From positions 2,728,001 through 2,792,000 of the forward strand of contig CP075492.1 of NCBI GenBank assembly GCA_021613535.1: a stretch of 64,000 nt of DNA. Reading direction: 5' to 3'. A program made the position numbers and the translations under genes. Positions 38,330 to 49,259 of the stretch are shown here, piece by piece; within the stretch, counting starts at the first letter, position 1; every line of letters begins with the position of its first letter. The stretch comes from Adineta vaga. Taxonomy: Eukaryota > Animalia > Rotifera. The notes beneath the pieces were generated by a model. That model did no database searches, had not been told where the DNA came from, and was given only the letters and a program-made list of their open reading frames with translations.

Positions 38330-39733
38330 TAATTCTAATATTCATTTTATCAAACCGAGTTTGTCCTTCTATATTCGTTTACTCAATATTGAGTTGATAT
38401 CTGTTATGAATAATCTTGTATCATTTGAATTTATTGAATAAACAAATAATCGATAAAAACCAACTTGATTATGATCTTGTTCTTCTTATTAAACTTAAAA
38501 GGTTCAAAAGTAAAATTAAGAAAATCTGATACAAATGAAGCATAATAATAAAAATAAAACCTAGAAGAAAATGAAATAGAATTATTTAAATTGATTCATT
38601 TACCAATTCCATATAATGAAATATCTTGATAATAATATTCAAAACTTCAACAGAGATCTTTAAGATATTCTTCTGTGACTTTCAAACGAAAATTTTCAAA
38701 TTCATTTTCATAAATATTGAATTTCTCTGGATAATAATGTTGACGTCGTCCTTCTTCCCAAAGACAAATTCGATTAATTGGATTAACTCTTGGTCTTCTC
38801 TCGAATATTATGTTTTCTATTTCACTGATTTTTTTTGTAAGAAATAAATAACACGTTTTGTTTTTGCTATTTCATCTTTAGTTAAATAATCTCTTTGATT
38901 TGTGAGTATTGTTTTATAAATACCAAAAATTAAATCCATTATATAATTTTAAGATTTACCAAACAGATAGTGAATTTGGTAAATAATCGTTTTCCAAATA
39001 AAAGACATAAAAATATCCAATCATCAAGTGAACGTTCAAAATTTCTAATTCAAAGAAAAGATATTCAAATAATATTATCATTGATATATATTGAAATTCT
39101 ATTCTCGATGTTAGATTATTAATTTATGTTTGTAAAATAAGGTTCATGTGTTGTTAATTCTAATAGAATAGTATCACTATCAGTACCATAAATAATCTAT
39201 GATTATATTCATTTGATATTTTATAAAATATTGAAGATATTTAGAGAAATTGAACATTAATTTTGTTCCAGGTTTAATATTTGATATATTTTCTTATATC
39301 TTTCAGTTGATGTCACTTCTCGAATTTTATCAGAGATGAGATCGTTTATGAGACTTTCGAGTTTTTGGTGTAACACCATCCATAGTTATATAAAGAATTC
39401 GTTTTGGTTGGACAATTTGAAGGATTTCTTTTAATAGAATTGCAAATTGATTCAATTTGTTTCATCTTCATTTCTCGGATTAATATCTGTTGGTAAATAT
39501 TGTTGCTTTAGATTATTTAAATCAATATAAAGATTATGAAACTGAAAAAGAATTCAATGAGGAAAATAAAAATCTCTTTTCATTTTACATAAGTTACCAA
39601 AGATGAATTATATCGGTCGTTTTCTAACGAAAAGGAAAAATTATAGAAAATTCAATTCATCTTCATTATAGATCATTTTAATCTTTGCATATTTTTTAAT
39701 TAACTAATTCGAGAATCCTGGAATACCCTTTAT
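38330..39733 (-). pseudogene. Decayed XRN-family (XRN2-like) 5'-3' exoribonuclease
   Basis: Collinear remnants KGIPGFSN*LIKKY, HNLYIDLNN, MDGVTPK, IKPGT, YGTDSDTILLELTTHEPY, ERSLDDWIFLCLLFGNDYLP, YYASFVSDF, with stops, frameshifts and deletions. Boundaries approximate. Confidence 0.8.
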
Positions 39734-41290
39734 GGAAAAGAAATATTTTATAGAATCTAAAAATCCATCTATGAAAATAAAACATCATAAGATCACTCCC
39801 TTCGTAAAGTAAATTAGAAAAAAGAGAAATGAAAAGTGGCGTCTGAGCTGAACGGTTTACATCTCTAATCTAGATGATAGCGAAAAGAAAAGAAAAATTA
39901 TCAACTTTTAGTATTTTCATAGTATTCACTGCAAAACTTTATAGTTATTGTTTCACTCTAATTGCAATTAAATAATAATCTTCATAAAAAAGATGATTAT
40001 TAATAAATAATATTTCATACATGTGATTAATCTTATCAATACGAGATTAATGAATAAATAGAGAGATTATCAATTACCTTCAATAAAATAAATCTAATAA
40101 AATAAACTTCAGAATAAAAATCTTTCTAGATGAAAAATTTAAAACAAATCTGTGTAAAGAAAACGTTCTTATTCTTCAAATTAAATAAATATAAGAGAAA
40201 AGAAACATTGAAGATGTTTGTTCATTTTATTACTAATTGAGAATAAGAATTTGTTGGGCTTTTTTTTAATTTAGGCTAAACATTTTCTTTCTATGAGATT
40301 ATAGAGAAATATAAAAATAGTTTATTTAGAATACTCGAAATAATCTGTTACTCTTTATCTCTTTTCATTGATTGTATCGACTAATAATCAGATCTGTTTT
40401 GAGAAGAGACTTTTTTTAAAAATACGAAAATGAACTTATGGAAATAAATTGATAATATTTTATATAATAATAATAGATTATTTACTAAAGAATTGAATGA
40501 TATAATTTCAAAAAGAATATCAAATTCTTATTCTAAAAAAACTAAAAGCAATAGAAATAGAGAGAAGAAAAAGAAAGATTAATTTAGAATTCATTTTATT
40601 TTCTTTAAATGAAATTTTAAAGTTTATTTAACTCATTTTTATTGTATTATTTCTTCTCAAATGTTATTCTTCTTTATTTCTATTCAAATCTCATCATCAA
40701 TATTAATAAAAGAATATATTTTACAATCTCTTGACTTTTTATGTAATTTTCATTGTTATTTAAAATAGAAAATAAACAAATCAAATTTCTACTGAATATT
40801 TCAATGTATTTCTATCATTTTTATTGAATTCTATTAATAAATCTTTCTCTTTGTAAATAATAAACTTAATAGAAATATTTCTAGTATTAAATAAATATTT
40901 TCAAATTACAAAAGATGATCAAAGAAAGATTAAGTTATAAATAATAAAATATTAAATTAAAATACGAAAAGATTTTATTGAATCTTTTGAATTTATTTAT
41001 TGAAAATTAAATAATCAATAGAATTTTTGTTCTTTTTTTTATTTATTTCAATTTATTTGTTAAATAAAATTAAAGAAAAATCATTTTTAAATCAACTTTT
41101 ATTTATTTAAAAAACGAAAATGTTTTTCAAAGAAAAAATTAAACAAAAATATTTTTCTTTTTTCATTAATGAAGAATTTTTAAGAAAAACATTTTATTTC
41201 AAATATTTATTTTTATTTTTAAAAATATTCTTTTACAATTTTTCATTTCCAATTTTTATTTTAAATAAAAACTTCTCTTTTTGTCCAATT

Positions 41291-41760
41291 TTATTCATAT
41301 AATTCAGCACTGTTGAGAGAACCACCTCCACCAGTAACTAAAACTTTCCCATTTGATAAAATTGTTGCTGTATGATGATATCGTCCAACACTTATATTTC
41401 CTTTGTTAATCCATCCTAAAAAAGAAAATTTATTTGAATAAAAATAAATGAATTAAGAAAAGGAAACCTTTCGATTGATAAATAATTAAATCAAATTTAA
41501 TTAATTGATGATAATTTTGATTAATAATAAAAATATTTCCAAATGAATCAAATGAAATAGTTGACGGAGAATTTAATTGTGAATTTGTACAACCAATAAT
41601 ACAAAAAAATCCATTTTGTTTTTGTTGAATAATTCTTTGATTATTTGAATCAATAATAAATAAAAAATGATTCAAATCTAAAATAATATCAGAAGGACAG
41701 TTTAAATTAATTGTATAATTTAATGAATAATTTCCCACAATAGTTTGACCAATAAAAGAC
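41291..41760 (-). pseudogene. NHL-repeat plus kelch-repeat fragment
   Basis: LNCPSDI..IIDSNNQRI, LNSPSTISFDSFGNIFI; a spliced kelch exon RYHHTATILSNGKVLVTGG..SAELY ends in a stop. Confidence 0.65.
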
Positions 41761-41829
41761 TCCGATTGAAATTATTTTTAATTTCAAATGAAGATTTCAT
41801 CACAAATGTTCCTTAATCTCAATAAATAA

Positions 41830-44249
41830 TGGATATTTTCAAATGCTCAGAAGAAGTATCAAAGACTTGTGAAGTGTAAATAACTTTACCCAATAATAAA
41901 ATTAAATAGACACGAGTAATTATTCTTTGCTGTTTAATGCTTTTCTCTGTTCGATCATTGATATTCTTAAATAAATTCAATTGTTTTATTGATTCAACCA
42001 GTTTGAATGTACTTGTAGTTTGATGATCTAGAATAAAAACTTAGAGATTTACTCGAATATTCATCTGAGTTACTTGATCGATCTCTAAACTTGAATGAGA
42101 TATCGATGCAATATGATGAAATTAAACGAAGTATAATAATGAGACCACCGTACAGACTAATGAAAAGTGTAATTGCATAAGATACATCTTGTCGACTTGT
42201 TCTTGTATATGTACAGATTGATGGTGAACATTGATCAAAATATGTCAAGTAATCCATCTTTATTGACCAATCGGTAACGAAAAGGCGTTTCAAATTATTC
42301 ATTACAGTCAAATGATCTGATTTTGGAGATAAAATTGAATTATTCCAGTGGAAATTCGTCTGAAAAAGAAAGAATAATTAGGGAGTAGATTATTTGACTT
42401 GATACAAACTTGATTGAGATTTGGAAAGTAATCAAATAGCAATTGAAGGCATATGAATTCATATAAGCAATCCATAATGTACTCTCAAGGATTGCTTCGA
42501 GAGGAGTACATCCCACAAAAAAGCCATTGATAATTGTTGAATTAGCCACTGGTGTCAACAGAAATCTGTCAGAAAATTTTATTGTATAGTTTGATAGCGG
42601 AGGAAGAGTAGCTACTATTGTAAGCTGGCGTCCACTGCAAACTAAGGATGATGATTCTTTTTCTAGTCTTACGTTCGTTGCTATTAGAAGAAAGTATCCA
42701 CCTAAATCATAATAAGTTTCAATAAGCCAATTTGAACCAAATGCTGTAACAAGAAAGTTTCCTTGAATCATTGTACGTGTATAATTCAAAAATGTCATCA
42801 TTCGATCAATTACACTGTCCTTTTGAAATTCAATAATATTATTTATTTGTTTTTGAACTTCCATCTCAGAAAGAACCTCAACAGTGATAAAATCAGTGTT
42901 ATTAATATCCATTTGAGTCTGAGAAATAATCTCTCGAGAAAGTGAACAAAATTTGGATAGAAGTTCAAACTAAAAGAAAAGAAGGTGTGGATGTTGACGA
43001 CATATATTATGAATTTAAAAATAATAAAATTTAGTAAAAACTTCAAAGACTTTTACAATACTTATCATCAAAGTTAATTTTCAACTAACCTGAGAAAAAG
43101 CCGCTTGCCGAAAATCCGATACGTTAAACAGGTTCGCATCTACAAAATATAATCCTTCAATCCATTGCTTTTCAACAAAGATACTCGAACAAATGGGATG
43201 CATTGTAACATGGTTGAAAACAAACTTTTTATATGGTATTTCCATAGTTGTACATGGACATGAAAGAGTTTGACCATGTTTAGATAAAAGCTTGTTGAAT
43301 GTGTCAGGTGTGATATTTCTAATAACAATTGTTTTAGATTCGACTTTCATCAACGTAACGTAGAACAAGACATAGAGACATACTAAAATGCATAAAAATT
43401 CATTTCTTTAACTGAATAAGATGTATCAAATCAAAGTTTATCTTTAAGCTTAACGCGATGGAACTTGTAATCTCAAACTAGACCAGGTGAAAAGCTTGAG
43501 TAAGCCCGATTTAATAGATTCAGTTGATTTGAAAACAACTTTTCGGATCTTGTCTCAAAAAATCGAAATATCAAGACGTTCTTTCTAATTCATCATTTTA
43601 CTCATTTTTTAAACAGTATTTTAAGAATACATCCTATATTCTTGCGATATTGAATATTGCGGAGTCAGTTCCTATCCATTCCTAAAATTCTATCACTTCA
43701 AAATAAACGAGAAATATTTGATCTTGATCGACTTCTAAGGAATTTCTTCCTTAACAGAATCACATCCTCCGTGGGACCCTACCTCATGTATTGTATATAT
43801 TATGTTGATACATCAACCAATATGTACACGAACAAGAGGAACTATAGTTTTAGAATGTTCAACATCATATGGATTAGCATGAGTACTGAATAATAAAAGA
43901 CTAAATAATGGTCAATTTAGAAGAAAAAGTGAGCCTGTACCCTAAATAATCATTCGCATTGAATTCTAACTCAAATTAAAATGTAATATTTGTGTAAAAG
44001 TTTGACACTATCGTTCATATCAGAAGATATCTTTGTTTAGGTGAGAATCAGTATTGTTTGATATTTACCTATGAGAAGAAGTACGTATAACCAAGTTTTA
44101 TATTTTTGACGTTTGAGAATAGCAGCTGTATCATTGATATCCTCCTCCTCCTCCTCATCATGATCATAATCGTTTTCGTCCAACATAAAAAGGTTATAAT
44201 TAGAAGTTTTCTTATAGATCCATTTAAAAATAGTTGTACGATTCATCAT
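41830..44249 (-). pseudogene. Truncated/frameshifted multi-exon membrane protein of a lineage-expanded family (LSCPC / CSPSICTY repeats)
   Basis: Exons with TWLYVLLL, LSCPC..HPICSSIFV..W, GCTPLEAIL, YFDQCSPSICTY..ISLYGGL; 2-nt frameshift at ~42474; breaks off at the start of the second repeat unit. Confidence 0.65.
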
Positions 44250-45751
44250 TGAATGAATCTTTTTTGTTCTAAAAGAAAAAGAATAATAGTTATCATAAGA
44301 GGTTGTAATAATCAAGTAGCTAGAATGCACTGATTAGGGTGTATAAAATCAGTATAAAGATAGAAAATTTTTCACAAGTTTATCGCAAAATGTCGTGTTG
44401 AATAAAAGTTTATTGTCATGGAATATCTCTTGAAAGCTATACTCATTTATCTGTGATTGTAATTCAAAACTAAAATAGTCTGCTATTATAAAGGACTTAC
44501 AACTATACATCTGCGATTTTATCCGAGTATTTTTAAATTTTTTGTATTGTCGGATGACAAAAGAAGGGGAGAGCGTTTCTTAGAAATCACGAATAGAAGT
44601 GCCTTAAGAATTGCTTTTTGTTATCAACTAAAAACAATAATGCATACATTCTAATAAATAGGAAGACGAGAGAGAGAAAAAGTATTTGTTTGTCTCAAAC
44701 ATTTCTTTCTTCATTGTTTTACTGAACGTGAGTTTTTTTGACAATATTCAAATGATAGGTCACCTGAAATCTTTGCTTGTCTAATCAATTTTATGAACTT
44801 TTCTGCTCAATATTCTCTTTCTTTAATTATTAAGTAAGGTTCCACAAAAGAGGTAAATTAACTGATTGTCTATATACAGAAATTTATAAAAACATTTGCC
44901 TTTAGTTTGAGTGAACTGTAAGGACATATATATATATATCTGATGTGATTTTATTTGAGATTCTATTTTTAACTAATAAAGAGAAATTCAAGTATTGTCA
45001 AAGTTGAAATAAGCTATAAGATTATTGATTTTGACTGTTATAATGAATCGAATTCATCAAAAGACAAATTTTGAGACGTTCAAAAGTTGTTATCTGCTTT
45101 TATCTTACAAAAAAGTATGGGTGTGGATGTCAATTAATTATCCATAATCACACCCACACCCCCAATTCAATGATCAATATGATAGATCCCAACCAATAAT
45201 AGAAGATATGCTGTTAGAAACGATGATGAATGGAAGTGAAATAATCAAATGAAACATGAGAATGATAACAAAATCAATATACTTTAGATAGTTCTTTTAT
45301 ATTCAAAATATGATCATCTGCAGCGAGACAATTATCGAAAGGTATTACAAGTAATTTAAGATTCCTCTCCAATGTTTCAAAATGACACACAGATATTTTA
45401 TCTTCAGAATCCAACAAAAAGGGTTTTTTCTCGCAAGAAAAACAAATGATTACGAATATTGCAGTCGTTTTATTTCATCTGTTCTCTTTCTCACGTTAAA
45501 ACACGTGTAGTAAAAATAATGGTAAGAGAGGATATATATATAAAACATACGTATAATAGTAAGCAACACGAAAAAAAACGAGTAGTGAAGAATATTGATT
45601 TATTCGATTAAGGTATGATGAGTATAGTATTTTCTCCACTTTTTTCCGTTCACATTTTTAGAACTGTAAACCTTATTGAAATTTGAATTAAATAAAATCT
45701 ATTTTTTAGACAATAAAAGTGTTCGATTTTTTTCTGTCATCCAGAATAACA

Positions 45752-47179
45752 ATGAACCAAAATGCAGATTTGACTAGTTTCAATGGAAACGTCAAGGATG
45801 TTTGTAAACTAATCTTAATCGGATTAGAAGGGGTCGGAAAGACGACATTACTTAATGAAAGTTGTGGAGAACATTTTAATACGAGTGATGGACGTAGCGG
45901 TTGTCTGATCAAAGAAAATCAAAAGGGTTCATTCTTTGTTGATGGATTTTCTCGTCGTTATGAATTAAATGATATGTTAGGAATTAATTACAAAAATCCT
46001 GGTGAATGGCAGAAAGCACTTCATGGACGTTCAGAAGTACACGGTGTTATCTTTCTGATTAGTGCAAGTAATCCTCGCGATAGTGCTCTGGGAGAATTAC
46101 CTCGAATTTATGAATATTGTTCGAATTTGACTATTCCTGTACTTTTTATTTATCGTGATGGAATTCTTCGCTTTAATCCATACATTCGAATCTATACCGA
46201 AACGAGAGAGAGTATTGTAGACGATGAGGAAAGTGGAAGTAAGATAAGCAAGACTGAATTTGTTCGTTATAAAAACTTGGATGAAGTGAAAAGTTCGATC
46301 GCCAGAACCTTTCAAAATGCTTACATTTTACATCAATTACTCGATCCAATTACTATTTGTGGACAAGTTAAAGTTTTACGAGATAAGAACGAAGAATTAG
46401 AAATCAAAATTGACGAGTTAAATCAAAAACATGAAGCTGAGTTAATCAAAAATCAAGAAACCATTGAGCTACAAAATAAACGATATGATGAACAAGTTGA
46501 AAAACTCAATCGATCACTCAACGAAGCAACATTAAATAATAAAACTTTACAAGAAAGACTTGATCATATCGTACAGAAAAATCAAGAAGCAATCTTGAAA
46601 CTTAGTAATGATATTCAATCAGCGATTAATGAAAATCAACGTTTAAGAATTTCTCTTGAAGAACTTATGAGAGACAAAATGAGTCTTGAAGATAAATATT
46701 CAAAATTAATGACAGACAAAAAACAATTAGATTTCGATTTTCATGATGTTATTCGTGATCGAGAACAAATTCAAAGTGCTAAAACAAAACTCGAAAAAGA
46801 TATCGCAGAAGTTGAACAAAACAGACAAATTTTAGCTAAAGAAAAACGTTCATTAGAAACTCGAAAAGAAGATTTAGAACGGCATATCAACGAGGCACGA
46901 TTGCGTCTTGAAGAACAACTCAATCTTATTGTTAGTGTTATTCATACTACACCAGGTGGAAATAAACGAATTTATCCAAAAAAATACAATACAAATGGAA
47001 GATGGATGTGGTTACCGGGACGAGCATACGATGCTATTCAGAAATTTGATGAACTTGGAGAAAGTACAAAAGATGTTGTTTGTTCTCTCAGGAAAGATTT
47101 GCACAAAATGGATGCTAGGTACGATCATACGTCTGCAAATGTTATGGAAGAAGAAGAAGAATCCGACACTGAATCTTAG
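45752..47179 (+). CDS. P-loop (TRAFAC-like) GTPase with long C-terminal coiled coil
   Basis: LILIGLEGVGKTT Walker A, DMLG (G3-like), VHGVIFLI; ~200-aa heptad-rich region; intronless. Confidence 0.8.
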   Translation: MNQNADLTSFNGNVKDVCKLILIGLEGVGKTTLLNESCGEHFNTSDGRSGCLIKENQKGSFFVDGFSRRYELNDMLGINYKNPGEWQKALHGRSEVHGVIFLISASNPRDSALGELPRIYEYCSNLTIPVLFIYRDGILRFNPYIRIYTETRESIVDDEESGSKISKTEFVRYKNLDEVKSSIARTFQNAYILHQLLDPITICGQVKVLRDKNEELEIKIDELNQKHEAELIKNQETIELQNKRYDEQVEKLNRSLNEATLNNKTLQERLDHIVQKNQEAILKLSNDIQSAINENQRLRISLEELMRDKMSLEDKYSKLMTDKKQLDFDFHDVIRDREQIQSAKTKLEKDIAEVEQNRQILAKEKRSLETRKEDLERHINEARLRLEEQLNLIVSVIHTTPGGNKRIYPKKYNTNGRWMWLPGRAYDAIQKFDELGESTKDVVCSLRKDLHKMDARYDHTSANVMEEEEESDTES

Positions 47180-47369
47180 TTTTAAATTGTCTGTAGGATG
47201 AATACCGCTTTCAAAAAATAATATGTGTCACTATGGTTTACATAGATAAAATCTGACAAGATTAATGATTTTTCTAAAAGCACATCCTAATATATCTTAT
47301 AACGTTTTTGAGAATTTATAGACGAATTTTCGCGATTTCGATACGGTTGGTATATTTCAGAGCGACGTA

Positions 47370-47590
47370 AAAACGAACATATTTCCATTTGTTAACATAC
47401 ATGCTGTATGTATTATCGAGCATCATTTATATCATCAGTAACTGCCCATAATCCTGATGATGGATCGTATAACTCAGCAGTATTTAAAGTTCCGCTCGCA
47501 CCTTCTCGACCACTAACTAATACTTTTCCATTTCTCAATATAGATCCTGTGTATGTACTTCGAGAATAGTGCATTCTACCAGTATGACTC
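47370..47590 (-). pseudogene. Kelch-repeat gene fragment
   Basis: LRNGKVLVSG...LNTAELYDPSSGLW..INDAR* followed by YTACMLTNG; in-frame stop and no start exon. Confidence 0.6.
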
Positions 47591-47854
47591 ACCCTCAAGG
47601 TCAATATTTATGTTTAGTTTCAAAAACAGTGTACACTACCAACTCTTAAAATTTTTCAGTTATAGATGAAAAACTCTTTAGATTTCGTAGAATAAAAACT
47701 ATTTTTTATAGTTAGTATGTACCCTCAATCTTTGAAGAAGTCTTAGTTTAATCAACAAAGATCTATATCGTTGATATACTAAAAGTGGGTGTGGGTAAGG
47801 ATTTGTATGATAAAAATACCTTGCTATATGTTCGTTTATAATAACTGTTGATAT

Positions 47855-48817
47855 TTATTCGCATGAATTTTTATCAAAAAGAAACTTTTTGATAGAGCCA
47901 TTTCTTCTGTCTGTAACATAAAGATTCCATTTTGAATCAAAGGCAAAAGATATCGGATGTTCCATCATATCGTCTTCAAATTCCTGGCGTTCCCATTCAA
48001 GGATGACTTGTACACTTTTCTGTATTGGTAACCATTTAAATAATCCTCTCTCATGCGAGACATAAATAACACCATTGAAATCAACAAATACATTGTGTGG
48101 AAAGAAAGAATCATCAAATATGGAATCAATGTCTCTCTCAAGAATTGATACTCCTTCACTTGAATTTGATACATATTGTCGAATTCTATGATTATTTGTA
48201 TCACAAACATATAGAGATTTTCTGTTATGATTTTCATCAACAAATATTCCCAATGGATTGTTAAGTTGACCATTTTCATTACCATCACCGTCGCCAACGA
48301 GAAGCGTGCCGTTTATTGCACTGATTGGATATTTTACTACTCTCTGATTAGCTTTATCAGAAATATAGATTGTTCCTTGTTTGTCAACATAAATTCCACT
48401 TACATCAGACAATTGATCAAGATCAGATCCAGGTGATATACCAGCAACTATTGTTATATCTCCGTTTTGATCTACCTTGTAAACAGTATAATCAGTATTG
48501 TAGTATATATTTTCAAAACGATCGATAAATATTGAATCAGCAACAACACCATAAGCTAATGTTTGAATAGTATCATTGAGAAAATATTTTCGTATGGAAA
48601 AATCTGAGGCAACAATCAGATTGTCATGAGTGTCCATTGCAATAACTAGATGATGCATTTCGTGCATTCCATCGTCGAGAATGCCTAAATTATCGACAAT
48701 AATCTTTCCATTTGAATTCCATTTAGCATGAAGACAAGGAGCATGTAATGATAATGCACTGTTGATTTTGATGCTTAAGAATGCAATCAAACACAGAAAT
48801 TTTGTAGAAAGTAACAT
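47855..48817 (-). CDS. Secreted NHL-repeat beta-propeller protein
   Basis: Signal peptide; repeats GIYVDKQGTIYISDKANQRV, LNNPLGIFVD..YVCDTNNHRI, HPISFAFDSKWNLYVTD. Confidence 0.88.
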   Translation of the reverse strand: MLLSTKFLCLIAFLSIKINSALSLHAPCLHAKWNSNGKIIVDNLGILDDGMHEMHHLVIAMDTHDNLIVASDFSIRKYFLNDTIQTLAYGVVADSIFIDRFENIYYNTDYTVYKVDQNGDITIVAGISPGSDLDQLSDVSGIYVDKQGTIYISDKANQRVVKYPISAINGTLLVGDGDGNENGQLNNPLGIFVDENHNRKSLYVCDTNNHRIRQYVSNSSEGVSILERDIDSIFDDSFFPHNVFVDFNGVIYVSHERGLFKWLPIQKSVQVILEWERQEFEDDMMEHPISFAFDSKWNLYVTDRRNGSIKKFLFDKNSCE

Positions 48818-49259
48818 TATAAACTTTTTTTTTCGATGTGCAAAACGAAATCAAGTCCAATAGAAGAAAAAGTAGAGAAATTTTGAAAATATTTCGTTTA
48901 TAAAGGTAACGGAGGATTAAGAAAACAAATGATAAAATCATCATTTATGTGCTTCACATTCTTCGAAACCTAATCTTGCTTGCACTTTTTTTAATGAAAA
49001 CGAGTCATCGTCTGCTTCAGATTCGAGTATCTACTGGAAATGAAATTTGTGAGTGGATGAGTTTTATGACAATTGTGTGTATTTCTAATCGACATTTCTG
49101 TCCTTTACAATTAACTTTAGTCTATTGCTGATTTCCAGTGTTTTTAATGAGTAATGATATATGAAGAATAATAAATTTTACGATACATAAAAATGTGAGT
49201 CAAATGAGAGTATAAATGAAAGTAGATTGTTTTCTATATGAACATTTGTTTTCGTTCTA

